Below are positions 1 through 9,168 of a DNA stretch of 64,000 nt, one piece after another (position 1 is the stretch's first letter; every line of letters starts with the position of its first letter). Below the pieces are notes generated by a model. The model worked only from the letters and a program-made list of their open reading frames with translations. It was not told the DNA's origin and made no database searches. Origin of the DNA: Pseudomonas phage BRkr. The translations under genes were made by a program, and so were the position numbers. The stretch lies in the sequence record LC765218.1; one strand, 5' to 3'.

Positions 1-347
1 AAGGTCCTCGTCTGATCTATGAAGCACAGCTGGACAACCAGATGGCTTACAAGATCACTCAACGTTATCCTGTCGTAGAACAAGTAAACGTGCTTGGGCG
101 TGCAATCGTGGCTCTTGCAGAGAAGACCGGTCTTGAACTTACTGAACTTAGTGAGATGCTAGACTATATCAAACTCTGTAAAGATACTAGTCGAAATCAC
201 AAAGAGTTCTATCAGAATGATCCCAACTACGAATACATTACCAATGAGCAAGAAGCCGAAGATCGAGCTGCTACCTTCGAAGGCGGTCTCCATGAACTCA
301 TTGGCCCAAGAAACATCGAAGGCGGTCGTGTTTTCGCAACCAGTTAG
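1..347 (+). CDS. hypothetical protein (5'-truncated; the reading frame is open from the window edge)
   Basis: The frame of the 42..347 ORF stays open back to nt 3, so the gene most likely starts upstream of the window. No recognisable motifs. Confidence 0.4.
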   Translation, partial: GPRLIYEAQLDNQMAYKITQRYPVVEQVNVLGRAIVALAEKTGLELTELSEMLDYIKLCKDTSRNHKEFYQNDPNYEYITNEQEAEDRAATFEGGLHELIGPRNIEGGRVFATS

Positions 348-774
348 TGAAAGACTGGTGGAGTACTTAAAAGCGCTACCTCGTGCAAGATGGTACAATC
401 GCAAGAAGATAAATAGTATCCCTACCAAGGGTACAGTGGAAGCAAACTACTGGTTCCTTGGTAATGGTCAGATGCCAAAAGAACTTAGCGATTATCTGTT
501 TGAAATTGCACCAACTATCAATGGGATAAAACCCAAAGAAGCATGTGTCAATATGTACGAGGTTGGTTTTGGTATGCCGGAGCATATCGACATTGCAATG
601 TATAGATTTAATATGGTGATTGCATTGTGTGATAATGGAGATGGACTCGACCTAAATGGTGAGTTCATCCCAGATGTTCCTGGAAGAGCAGTAATCTTTC
701 CAGCTAAAACACCACCGCATTCTGTACCACCCGTAAAACACCTACGCTTCGTTCTCATCTATCTCTACGAGTAG
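292..774 (+). CDS. hypothetical protein, possible 2OG-Fe(II) oxygenase-like (double-stranded beta-helix) fold
   Basis: Shares the frame of ORF 217..774. An internal ATG at 292 (or GTG at 328) is preceded by GAAGGCGG. The spacing HIDIA ... PPHSVPP ... RFVL resembles the HxD...H...R motif of the 2OG oxygenase superfamily. Start uncertain. Confidence 0.4.
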   Translation: MNSLAQETSKAVVFSQPVSERLVEYLKALPRARWYNRKKINSIPTKGTVEANYWFLGNGQMPKELSDYLFEIAPTINGIKPKEACVNMYEVGFGMPEHIDIAMYRFNMVIALCDNGDGLDLNGEFIPDVPGRAVIFPAKTPPHSVPPVKHLRFVLIYLYE

Positions 775-781
775 GACAGAT

Positions 782-1270
782 ATGTATAAACATTACGACC
801 CCCTTACCGAAGAGGAAGTAACTACTTTAGTAGACCTCTCTCGTAAGGTTAAATATAAAGACTCGTATGGCTCTCGTTGCCGTATCGGTAAGAACAAAAC
901 CAAAGCACTGAGTATTTACAACTATTCTAAGTGGTTTGATTGGACATCTAAACAACGAGATATCTTCAAGGTTGGTTTTAGTGAAGATATCCAAAATAAA
1001 GCTGTTCAAGGTTGGTTCCTAGATATTCCAGCTGGTCGTGGTTTCCTCGATCAGATGACAACGTGGGTCAATAAAACTGGTGCAGGTACCATCGTCGCAA
1101 CTGCATTAAAAGATAGACAAGCCATTCAACTTAATGGACGTTTGATCGAACTTCGTAAAGGTGAACAGATCGCCTTTAACCTTAGTACAGTTCACGCGAT
1201 TCCTAAATCCGACCATGGTCAGTTGTGGGCATGTGTAATGATACGTGGTGACTTCCAACAGTACACCTAA
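782..1270 (+). CDS. hypothetical protein
   Basis: 162-aa ORF tightly packed after the preceding gene. No confident motif. Confidence 0.5.
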   Translation: MYKHYDPLTEEEVTTLVDLSRKVKYKDSYGSRCRIGKNKTKALSIYNYSKWFDWTSKQRDIFKVGFSEDIQNKAVQGWFLDIPAGRGFLDQMTTWVNKTGAGTIVATALKDRQAIQLNGRLIELRKGEQIAFNLSTVHAIPKSDHGQLWACVMIRGDFQQYT

Positions 1271-1353
1271 CGGCATAAACCTCCCTAACGGGAGGCAAGC
1301 CAAAAATTCTTACACAATGGTACAATGAACTTTCTAAGTCAAGGATTAAAAGA

Positions 1354-2250
1354 ATGGCTAGTAACCCTATCGATCAGCAGATTATCAACGTAGTACGTAC
1401 GTGCTATGCATCTTATCTGCAAACTACAAAATATCTCGGTCTATCTCCGTTCCGTGTGATTGCACATACAACTCTGAATGAGAAGTTCGGTGTACAAAAT
1501 GGCGTAACTCCAGCAGCGGGTGAAATTCCGAACGTGCGTTATATGGTAATTGGTAACATGGGTCACTACACAATCAAAGCCGCTGATGGCTCCGATGAAG
1601 TAGAAAACCGTATTCACCGTTCTAACCATGCTGCACTTTATAACCATATTCCGTTTGCACTGCGTGAAGTAACTGATGATCTTCCAGCCGCACAACGGGA
1701 TCGGTTCTGCTTACGTGTTCCGGAAAAACATAATGGTAAAAACTACGTTGCCTATTATGGAATGCGCATTAACGTTACAGGTGTACAACCACAGCTTCTG
1801 GAAATCGAAGTAATTAATGGTATTCCAACACCGAAACCGTACACACCAACTGTTGATGATCTTAACCCAGTACCGCCAGCTATTTCGAACAACGGTACAG
1901 TTATCGGTTCTAACGTTAATATCTCGGCCAGTGCTATCGTTAAGGTTAGCCTGTCTGCTGAAGATATCATCGAGATTACCAACGCGCATCGAATTCGTAC
2001 TGCATCGACTCGTTCTCCGATTATCTCTGAGATCGGCTTGTGTTCTGGTGTTGACCGTAAGGTCGATGCACCCGCCGGTACGGGTGGTTCGTTCCAATAT
2101 CTCGAAGTAATCGCTTGTCAAGTTAACGTACATATTGCCACTAACCATCCAATTGGTTATAACTCGAATGGTCTTAACCTAACCTTCGATATTGGTGGTG
2201 TAGAACCTACTCTTGGCGACAAGGCTGTAAACGTAGCTAAGTTCGTATAA
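1354..2250 (+). CDS. hypothetical protein (possible virion structural protein)
   Basis: 298-aa ORF preceded by a GGA-rich RBS (aaggattaaaagaATG). Beta-rich, Gly/Asn/Thr-rich composition typical of structural proteins. No specific motif. Confidence 0.5.
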   Translation: MASNPIDQQIINVVRTCYASYLQTTKYLGLSPFRVIAHTTLNEKFGVQNGVTPAAGEIPNVRYMVIGNMGHYTIKAADGSDEVENRIHRSNHAALYNHIPFALREVTDDLPAAQRDRFCLRVPEKHNGKNYVAYYGMRINVTGVQPQLLEIEVINGIPTPKPYTPTVDDLNPVPPAISNNGTVIGSNVNISASAIVKVSLSAEDIIEITNAHRIRTASTRSPIISEIGLCSGVDRKVDAPAGTGGSFQYLEVIACQVNVHIATNHPIGYNSNGLNLTFDIGGVEPTLGDKAVNVAKFV

Positions 2251-2260
2251 GGACTTAGTT

Positions 2261-2827
2261 ATGTTGCAGATGCCTGAAAGTGATGAACCATTCCGTGTTG
2301 CTTCGTTCGACCCAGGTTCGTCTAACTTGGGTCAAGCGTTGTTGGAACATGGCTTTAAGAATGAAGGTGTGGCGGTGAAAACCGCCTATACCTCTGTTCT
2401 TAGAGATACTCATCCGGACTATTCAATGTTCGGGGAATTGCATGGTAGTCGGGTAGTCCGATTAATGATAATGCGAGATTTGATACTAGACTTCTTAAGG
2501 ACACATAGACCACATGCTGTTATTGTTGAATCTAACTATCTAGGTAGATTTGCCACAAGCTTTGCCGCATTGGTTGAATGTGTTGCCGTTATACGAAGTG
2601 CTCTTTTTGAGTATGACCCTTTTATACCGCTTTACATGGTTGACCCTACAACAGTTAAAACCAACGTGGGTATGAAGAAAATTAAGGGTACAGACAAAGA
2701 AGATGTGCGACGTGCATTGGTAAGTAGAACCGACGTTGTTTGGGGTGATGTTGATCATAGTCAACTAGATGAACACTCCATCGATGCAGTAGCAATCGGT
2801 TACTATTTCCTTACACAGTTGTTCTAG
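2261..2827 (+). CDS. RuvC-like Holliday junction resolvase
   Basis: N-terminal FDPGSSNLGQ matches the RuvC GIDPGSxxTGY motif. AVIVESNY matches the AIEQVF catalytic Glu motif. C-terminal DEHSIDAVAIGYY matches ADAADALAIAITH. Spacing is consistent with the four RuvC acidic residues. Confidence 0.6.
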   Translation: MLQMPESDEPFRVASFDPGSSNLGQALLEHGFKNEGVAVKTAYTSVLRDTHPDYSMFGELHGSRVVRLMIMRDLILDFLRTHRPHAVIVESNYLGRFATSFAALVECVAVIRSALFEYDPFIPLYMVDPTTVKTNVGMKKIKGTDKEDVRRALVSRTDVVWGDVDHSQLDEHSIDAVAIGYYFLTQLF

Positions 2828-2839
2828 ATGTGAGGTAGT

Positions 2840-3334
2840 ATGTTCAACTGGTTAAAAAACATCAAGTGGTTTAATTGGGTGTTTATCGGTATAGTTATTA
2901 CCGGTGGGCTTGGACTGTTGTTCTTCTATAACCAGTATACTGATCAGCTTGTACACAATGGCAGTTTAGTTGAGAAAAATGGTCAACTAGAAGTCAAAGT
3001 CGAAATGCAGGGTAAGTCAGCTGCCATCACTGATGAAACCGTTACTCAGTATACCACTCAAAAAGTCGATGAGCTGAGAGAGCTGGAACAATCACGAGCA
3101 GGAGTGATTGATGAGTACATTAACTTATCCGGACAATCTGGGGTCAGTTGGCCTACTACAGAAAATGTCCCTGTGGAAAAAACTAGGGATGAACCTATTC
3201 GGAAAAATCCCACCACCGCCATTAAAGATAATGGTAGTGTTACTGACGATGTTGCTCTTATCACCCTTGCTAATAGGATGTACGAGCACTACTGCAAAGC
3301 CAAGCGGCTGGACCCGCAGTGCGGTACCAAGTAG
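2840..3334 (+). CDS. type-II membrane protein, candidate i-spanin (Rz-like)
   Basis: N-terminal TM helix (WFNWVFIGIVITGGLGLLFFY), then a charged, likely helical periplasmic domain with two C-terminal Cys. An overlapping +1-frame lipoprotein gene sits at its 3' end. It lies 1.3 kb upstream of the endolysin. Confidence 0.45.
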   Translation: MFNWLKNIKWFNWVFIGIVITGGLGLLFFYNQYTDQLVHNGSLVEKNGQLEVKVEMQGKSAAITDETVTQYTTQKVDELRELEQSRAGVIDEYINLSGQSGVSWPTTENVPVEKTRDEPIRKNPTTAIKDNGSVTDDVALITLANRMYEHYCKAKRLDPQCGTK

Positions 3335-3581
3335 CTTTACTCAACTTTGCTATGTAGCTCCTCCACCGTCAGCTGACGATCTCATCAATGCACCTAGTCG
3401 GTATAAAGTAGCTGGGATCACTGATCCATGGGAAGCTCGTTTCCTATTGATGACAGATCACTGGTTATTACAGACTGACTATCTCGGTTCGTGTAATTTG
3501 CAAATCGAGAAGCTCCGTGACTGGGATAAAAAACAGTCAGAGATGGAGAGAAGCTATGACTCTGGAAAAAATATTAAGTGA
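3231..3581 (+). CDS. lipoprotein, candidate o-spanin (Rz1-like), overlapping the 3' end of the upstream gene in another frame
   Basis: The internal ATG at 3231 of ORF 3108..3581 gives MVVLLTMLLLSPLLIGC, a signal peptide with an L-I-G-C lipobox. The mature part is short and Pro-containing (APPPSADD) with Cys residues. Architecture matches an overlapped spanin pair. Confidence 0.4.
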   Translation: MVVLLTMLLLSPLLIGCTSTTAKPSGWTRSAVPSSFTQLCYVAPPPSADDLINAPSRYKVAGITDPWEARFLLMTDHWLLQTDYLGSCNLQIEKLRDWDKKQSEMERSYDSGKNIK

Positions 3582-3960
3582 CCTTGGCGATAAGCCTTTG
3601 TCGAAAGCTCCTAACTATCGTCAAATCGTAGCATACTTGAACGGTATGTTACATGCAGATGGTAGTGCACGTGTTAATGGGAATACAACTGCCGATGAAG
3701 TATTAACTGAGATCTATTCTCTTTCTGATCTTGAAAAGCAGTCGAAGCTTCTCGAAAAAGAATACACTGGTGTTAGAGCTAGTGATACTTACCGCAGTTC
3801 TATTTTAACTGCAAGTGCCTTGTTAGCTATACTGTCCACTGGTGTAGTGATGAGTGTTATTAACACTGATGGTCCAATGACTTCAGAAGTAGCCGATATC
3901 TTTAAAACTTTAGGTATGGGTCTTATTGAAATCATTAAGATGGTAATTTCTACTCAGTAA
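3556..3960 (+). CDS. small membrane protein with C-terminal TM helix (holin-like candidate)
   Basis: The internal ATG at 3556 is preceded by GGAGAG. Carries a hydrophobic segment ILTASALLAILSTGVVMSVI near the C-terminus. Followed by a strong terminator at 3971. Confidence 0.4.
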   Translation: MTLEKILSDLGDKPLSKAPNYRQIVAYLNGMLHADGSARVNGNTTADEVLTEIYSLSDLEKQSKLLEKEYTGVRASDTYRSSILTASALLAILSTGVVMSVINTDGPMTSEVADIFKTLGMGLIEIIKMVISTQ

Positions 3961-3970
3961 CAATAATATT

Positions 3971-4000
3971 AGCCCCTCCTTAAGTGGAGGGGCTTTTATA
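3971..4000 (+). terminator. rho-independent terminator
   Basis: AGCCCCTCC-ttaagt-GGAGGGGCT followed by TTTTAT. Confidence 0.7.
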
Positions 4001-4050
4001 ATGCTATGTGGGTTAAGTAAATTTTGTAAACCACAATTGAGGGTTTAACA

Positions 4051-4584
4051 ATGAGCGATCGTTTTCCTTATAACCTCCCGTCTCGTGCGGCACTCTGCCG
4101 TTTGATTCGGGAAACGTCTAAACACAAGAATATTCAGGACGAGTTTGTAAACTTCGAAGATATGTTCTTCAGTCCTACTTCTGGTGTTCCGGGGCGTACT
4201 TATATCGAGATGATCGATAACAAAGCTAGTCTAAAAGACTGGTTCGTTTATCGTCGTCTGGAATTGTCTCACCCTGATTGTCTTGGACCTAATCCGTCTA
4301 TTAAACTATCTGGTGTAGCTACACCTGCGGCCATCGCAGAAGAGATCAACCGTTCCCGTAAGATGACATTCGGTCCGGACGATCTATCCTTCTCTACCAC
4401 TGTCATTAATACCAAAGACGACGTATTCGAATATGAACTCGTTGCAATGACTGGTAGTTACGCCTACTTCGGTTCGACTATCGTTACGATCGAAATGGTT
4501 GAAGGTAACCAATATGCACGTCTACTTGAGGATGGTGGTTATCGTCTAATGGAAGACGGCTTGATTCGTGAGCTGGAACATTAA
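4051..4584 (+). CDS. hypothetical protein
   Basis: 177-aa ORF between a terminator and the endolysin. No motif recognised. Confidence 0.5.
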   Translation: MSDRFPYNLPSRAALCRLIRETSKHKNIQDEFVNFEDMFFSPTSGVPGRTYIEMIDNKASLKDWFVYRRLELSHPDCLGPNPSIKLSGVATPAAIAEEINRSRKMTFGPDDLSFSTTVINTKDDVFEYELVAMTGSYAYFGSTIVTIEMVEGNQYARLLEDGGYRLMEDGLIRELEH

Positions 4585-4601
4585 TTACTGGAGACAGACA
4601 A

Positions 4602-5381
4602 ATGGGTACTGTACTCAAACGTGGCGACCGCGGCTCTGCTGTGGAAGATCTACAAATGAAACTTCGAGTCGCAGGATACGCAGTTAGCGCTGACGGAATC
4701 TTCGGTGGAGATACAGAGAAAGCTGTTCGTGATTTCCAAGCTTCTAAAGCTTTGGTGGTTGACGGAAAAGTTGGACCTGCTACTCTAGCTGAACTAGCCA
4801 AATCCGCTACTGTTCCTGCTAAATGGGAAGCTATCCCTTTCCCAACAGCTAATAAATCTCGGTCGGCTGCAATGCCCACACTGAATGCGGTTGGAGCAAT
4901 GACTGGTACCGATCCTCGGTTACTCGCTACATTCGCTTCCATTGAGTCTGCTTTTGATTACACTGTCAAAGCATCCACATCTTCGGCTACTGGTTGGTTC
5001 CAGTTCCTTGATGCTACATGGGATGACATGATCAAAGCACATGGTTCCAAATACGGGCTACCTAAAGATCCCACTAGGGCACTCCGTAAAGACCCACGTG
5101 CAAATGCATTAATGGGTGCAGAATTCCTTAAAGGAAATGCAGCTGTATTACGTCCAGTAATCAATCGCGAACCGAGTGATACAGACTTGTATTTGGCACA
5201 TTTCCTTGGTGCTGGCGGCGCTAAGAAATTCCTATCCGCAGATCAGAAAACTCTCGGTGAAGTTCTATTCCCGAAACCTGCTAAAGCAAACCCGTCGATC
5301 TTTAGCAATAAAGGTGTACCACGTACCCTTGCAGAGATCTACAAGCTGTTCGAAGATAAAGTTTCGAAACATCGGGCATAG
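4602..5381 (+). CDS. endolysin: N-terminal peptidoglycan-binding domain plus C-terminal lytic-transglycosylase-like domain (phiKZ gp144 family)
   Basis: The N-terminus (LKRGDRGSAVEDLQ ... DGIFGGDTEKAVRDFQ) is a PG_binding_1-type repeat. The C-terminal TFASIESAFDY ... [13 protein letters not shown] ... ALRKDPR ... ALMGAEF ... TDLYLAHFLG ... ANPSIF is near-collinear with the phiKZ gp144 sequence as I recall it, catalytic Glu included. Confidence 0.85.
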   Translation: MGTVLKRGDRGSAVEDLQMKLRVAGYAVSADGIFGGDTEKAVRDFQASKALVVDGKVGPATLAELAKSATVPAKWEAIPFPTANKSRSAAMPTLNAVGAMTGTDPRLLATFASIESAFDYTVKASTSSATGWFQFLDATWDDMIKAHGSKYGLPKDPTRALRKDPRANALMGAEFLKGNAAVLRPVINREPSDTDLYLAHFLGAGGAKKFLSADQKTLGEVLFPKPAKANPSIFSNKGVPRTLAEIYKLFEDKVSKHRA

Positions 5382-5512
5382 CGTCCACCTGTTCTTTTAA
5401 CGGTGGTAACACTTAGAAAAGGATTTTGTTAACCTGATACTTCCCCAGGTTTGAAGGTGGTATTATCAGGTTAAAAGAATATGTGCAACGCAGCCAATCC
5501 TGAAGGACATCT

Positions 5513-6532
5513 ATGATGGCTGAAGAAAAGAAAAAGGTTTCTGAACTCGATTTTCTGTCTGGTCTAACCGGACAGGAATTCGTAGAGGTTGTTGCTCGCG
5601 ATACAGAAGGTTCTTATAAGAACTATCGTGTACTCGCAGATAAATTACGTGTAGGCGCTTCTGCTTTTGATGGCGCTGTCAAAGCTGGTTTTGTCGGTAC
5701 TGAAGAAGAATGGTTAGAAACACTCGTTGGAAAATCTGCGTATCAAATCGCAGTTGATCAGGGTTATGAAGGCACTGAAGAACAATGGGTTTCTGCAACC
5801 AATCCTCTATTTGAGATCCTTCCAGAAAATGCTGGTATGGTACTCACTGTAAATGAACTAGGTCTTCCAGAGTGGAAAGTAATTGACCTTTCGTTTGCAA
5901 ACTTAGATAAGGTCGATAATACAGCAGATGCTGATAAACCTATTTCTCGTCAGCAGAAGAAAGAACTTGATCGAAAGCTTTACATCAAAGATGCACCGAG
6001 TGCGGTTATGTCCACTCTACAACAAATCGGTGTAGTTGTTTCTGAAGATGGTAAAGAAGTATCGTTCGATGAAGGGCGTGCCACAGAAGTCAGTGAACTG
6101 CTTCTACAACATCGTCGCGGCTCTGCTCTAGAAGCGGCAGCTTGGACAGGCAAAGAAGGAACGTTCTTTGTAGATCTTGAGAATAAGAAGCTTTATGTTC
6201 ACGATGGCGTTACTGTCGGTGGTGCTCAGATCGGTGGTCTAACTGCCGCTGAAGTACAAGTCATCATCGATGCAGGTATTGCTATCGATAAAGTTACTGG
6301 ACTGGTTGATGCTCTTGCTAAGAAAGCAGATCTCGATGAGGACGGTAAACTGAAAATAGAACAGCTTCCTGAACTGGATATTCCGACTAAGGTTGATGAA
6401 GCTGCTGTCATTGCTGGTGAGGATGATACAGGCTTTGCTACTGCTAAAGGTATTCATGCACTTCTGGACGCCATTGGTTTTACCAAAGACGAGAATGGTT
6501 CTTGGAAACTCGATCCAGCCGTTGTGGCGTAA
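5513..6532 (+). CDS. tail fibre protein (contains two phage tail-fibre repeats)
   Basis: Motifs SAFDGAVKAGFVGTEEEWLETL and GKSAYQIAVDQGYEGTEEQW match the repeats of the downstream fibre genes. Preceded by a structured leader. Confidence 0.6.
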   Translation: MMAEEKKKVSELDFLSGLTGQEFVEVVARDTEGSYKNYRVLADKLRVGASAFDGAVKAGFVGTEEEWLETLVGKSAYQIAVDQGYEGTEEQWVSATNPLFEILPENAGMVLTVNELGLPEWKVIDLSFANLDKVDNTADADKPISRQQKKELDRKLYIKDAPSAVMSTLQQIGVVVSEDGKEVSFDEGRATEVSELLLQHRRGSALEAAAWTGKEGTFFVDLENKKLYVHDGVTVGGAQIGGLTAAEVQVIIDAGIAIDKVTGLVDALAKKADLDEDGKLKIEQLPELDIPTKVDEAAVIAGEDDTGFATAKGIHALLDAIGFTKDENGSWKLDPAVVA

Positions 6533-6580
6533 ATAAAATAGTCGCAACTCCAGATAGATGCTCTCCTGAAAAGGCATACT

Positions 6581-6610
6581 GGAGTCCCCTTTGGGACTCC
6601 TATATGTTGC
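6581..6610 (+). terminator. rho-independent terminator
   Basis: GGAGTCCC-cttt-GGGACTCC followed by a T-rich stretch. Confidence 0.55.
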
Positions 6611-6699
6611 TAAAATAATACACTACTCTATGAGTCTTATTTTCCTTTTAAGACGTGCACGAGTAGTTGCGAAGACTCTCTCCAACAAAGGAATACGTA

Positions 6700-9168
6700 A
6701 TGGCCATTAAATCCAGTCCGGGTATGATCTCCGGAATGCAGCCTCTTAACACCATCACAGGTGAAGAGTTTGTAGAAGTTATCCGTCTTGAGGCAGATGG
6801 TTCTTATAAGAACTTCCGTCTCATGGTTTCTAAAATCCGTAACAATGAAGGCCTATCGGCTTATGAAGTTGCGGTAAAGAATGGTTTCGTAGGCACTGAA
6901 ACTGAGTGGCTCGAAAGTCTAAAAGGTCAAGGTATTTATCAGCTGGCTCTTCAACAGGGCTTCGTAGGTACTGAAGACGAATTCCTCGCCTCTCTTAAAG
7001 GTGAAGACGGCGCAGATGGCGCTGTAGGTAAATCCATCTATGAAGTTGCCGTAGATAACGGCTTCACTGGCACTGAACAAGAATTCCTTGCAACTCTCGT
7101 CGGTAAGTCTGCCTATCAATCCGCTCTTGATACTGGTTTTACCGGTACCGAGGCCGAGTTCATCCAGTCCCTAAAAGGTGACAAAGGCGATGCCGGCGAG
7201 AAAGGTGATAAGGGCGATAAAGGCGACCAGGGTGATCAAGGTAAGTCCGCTTACGATCTAGCTGTCGAAGCTGGTTTCACTGGAACCGAAGCTGAGTACC
7301 TGGAATCTCTCCACGGTATCGACGGTACTAAAGGTGATGACGGTATCGATGGCGCTGACGGCAAATCTGCTTACGAGCTAGCCGTAGCAGCCGGTTTCGT
7401 TGGTACTGAAGAAGAATATCTCGAAAGCCTACACGGTGCTGATGGTAAGTCTGCTTATCAGATCGCTCGTGATAATGGTTTCGTTGGTACTGAAGAACAA
7501 TGGCTGGAAAGCCTAGAAGGCGCTAATGGTAAGTCCGCATACGAATCCGCTGTTGATGGTGGATACGTCGGTACTGAAGAAGAATTTAACCTGTCGCTTG
7601 CCGAACCGAAAGGTGTAAATGGTGGCGTATTCATCACTGATATCACTCCGGTTAATGCCGCTGATAACGTCGGTGAGAAGGTTAAGTCCGCGGATAGTTT
7701 CTCTCTGGTGCAATGTTCTTCGTCTACTCGTGACGTTAAAGTTAAAGTGGCTGCTATTACCGGTCATACTAACTATCGTCCTGTCGTTAAAGTTAACGGC
7801 GTAGATGTATCTCTCGTCGCTGGTGCAAATGCCCCGATGTGGACCGGTGAAGTAACTATTAATCTGCCTGAGCCGGTTGGTAGTGATCCCATTAAGGTCG
7901 AAGCTGTTCACGAAGATGGTGCTAAGGCATCTACTGATGTAATCATGGATACCGCGCCGGTTGTAACTGCGGCTACATTTACAGGTGAATATCCTGGTTC
8001 TCAAACCGAGCTGAAAGCAGGCGACACAATGTCGATCACTTTCACCACTGACCAAGATGTGGTAGGTTATGAGATTCGTGATGAAGGTGCATTCGTAGCA
8101 CGCAATGGTACACTGACCGCCGGTAAGACTCACAGTCTGACTGGTCTGGTTATTGCTGACCGTGGTAACACTGCTACTAACCAACCGTTCAGTATCCGCG
8201 TTAAGAAAGCCTCCGGTAGTTTCTCCGCGTGGTATAAGTCCGACGTAGCTGGTACTACTGAGAAAGTCAACGTTGTCAAGCTGAACAACCTGAAACCGAC
8301 GATTACATTCGGTGCTGTAACTTATCCGGCTGGTCAAACTGCCATTAAAGCTGGTGAAGATGCAACCGTTGCTAACACTGTAACTAACGCTACTAGCGCT
8401 ACTTACACCTCGGCTAATGGTCAGCTGACTGTAACTAACCCGACTCAGATTGAAGCAAACAAAACTGTTTCTTACCTGACTGGTAATTACAACGACCTGA
8501 CTAATAACCTGACAATCACTGCACAACGTGCTGCTAACGGTAGTTCGTCTACTGCATCGACAATCGTTAAGATTGCTAACGGTGCCCCTGAACTGACTGT
8601 TACCACTCCTGCCACTCGTCTGCGCTCCGGTGGTAATGCAGGTACTGTTGTACAGCGTCACACCATCACTATCACTTCGACTCAATCGCTGGCTGAAGCC
8701 CCTGTGATGACTGCTCCTGGCGGTAACTGGGATTCTGCTGGTTGGGTGGGTGATGCAGCTAAGAAAGTATGGACACGCACACTGCTCGTTCATGATGATG
8801 ATGCTAAAGGTATCTTCAACTTTACCGATGTTGTAGCCAAAGGTCTGGCTGGCGTTACAGTCAATACCCTTAAAGCTGGTGGCGAGTATACCCTTGGTGG
8901 CTTCGTTCTTCGTACCATGTCTATCGCTGCTTTCCCGAATCGTGAAGGTGCTATTGGTACAGATGTAGTTATGACTGGTAAACTTCGCTGCACTAACCTG
9001 TCTAAGGGTGCTAGCGGTTCTCTTAACTTCACCTATAAAGCTGACGATGCTGATGCTGTAAATACTTACACCATCAAGAATAGCAATAGTTGGTATAACT
9101 GCGACGCAGCTAACGCTGTATCTAACACATCCGGTCTGATGCGCGTCGAACTTGAGGAAGTTGTATAA
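6700..9168 (+). CDS. tail fibre protein with ~10 tandem lambda-Stf-type fibre repeats and a short collagen-like segment
   Basis: Start moved to ATG 6700 (AAAGGAA RBS). Contains a repeated ~25-aa unit GKSAY[EQ][IL]A[VR].NGF.GTE.E[WF]L.SL.G plus GDKGDAGEKGDKGDKGDQGDQG. The C-terminal 500 aa is Thr/Val/Ala-rich and beta-rich (Ig-like or receptor-binding). Confidence 0.7.
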   Translation: MAIKSSPGMISGMQPLNTITGEEFVEVIRLEADGSYKNFRLMVSKIRNNEGLSAYEVAVKNGFVGTETEWLESLKGQGIYQLALQQGFVGTEDEFLASLKGEDGADGAVGKSIYEVAVDNGFTGTEQEFLATLVGKSAYQSALDTGFTGTEAEFIQSLKGDKGDAGEKGDKGDKGDQGDQGKSAYDLAVEAGFTGTEAEYLESLHGIDGTKGDDGIDGADGKSAYELAVAAGFVGTEEEYLESLHGADGKSAYQIARDNGFVGTEEQWLESLEGANGKSAYESAVDGGYVGTEEEFNLSLAEPKGVNGGVFITDITPVNAADNVGEKVKSADSFSLVQCSSSTRDVKVKVAAITGHTNYRPVVKVNGVDVSLVAGANAPMWTGEVTINLPEPVGSDPIKVEAVHEDGAKASTDVIMDTAPVVTAATFTGEYPGSQTELKAGDTMSITFTTDQDVVGYEIRDEGAFVARNGTLTAGKTHSLTGLVIADRGNTATNQPFSIRVKKASGSFSAWYKSDVAGTTEKVNVVKLNNLKPTITFGAVTYPAGQTAIKAGEDATVANTVTNATSATYTSANGQLTVTNPTQIEANKTVSYLTGNYNDLTNNLTITAQRAANGSSSTASTIVKIANGAPELTVTTPATRLRSGGNAGTVVQRHTITITSTQSLAEAPVMTAPGGNWDSAGWVGDAAKKVWTRTLLVHDDDAKGIFNFTDVVAKGLAGVTVNTLKAGGEYTLGGFVLRTMSIAAFPNREGAIGTDVVMTGKLRCTNLSKGASGSLNFTYKADDADAVNTYTIKNSNSWYNCDAANAVSNTSGLMRVELEEVV
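6850..7615 (+). repeat. tandem array of ~10 coding repeats (~75-90 nt each) encoding lambda-Stf-type tail-fibre repeats
   Basis: Repeated protein unit GKSAY.[IL]A[VR].NGF.GTE.E[WF]L.SL.G, read directly. Related copies at 5655..5800 and 9350..9440. Confidence 0.7.

Noticed and set aside
1271-1300. Hairpin GGCATAAACCTCCC-taac-GGGAGG after the 782..1270 gene as a terminator
   Set aside because: It has the family-typical left arm but no 3' U-tract (followed by CAAGCCAAAAATT). It may be a processing or stability hairpin rather than a terminator, so it was not listed as a feature.
3108-3581. Full-length 157-aa ORF as annotated in the six-frame track
   Set aside because: The first 41 codons lack a signal peptide and have no RBS. 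The internal ATG at 3231 yields a textbook lipoprotein signal peptide, so the shorter gene was called instead.
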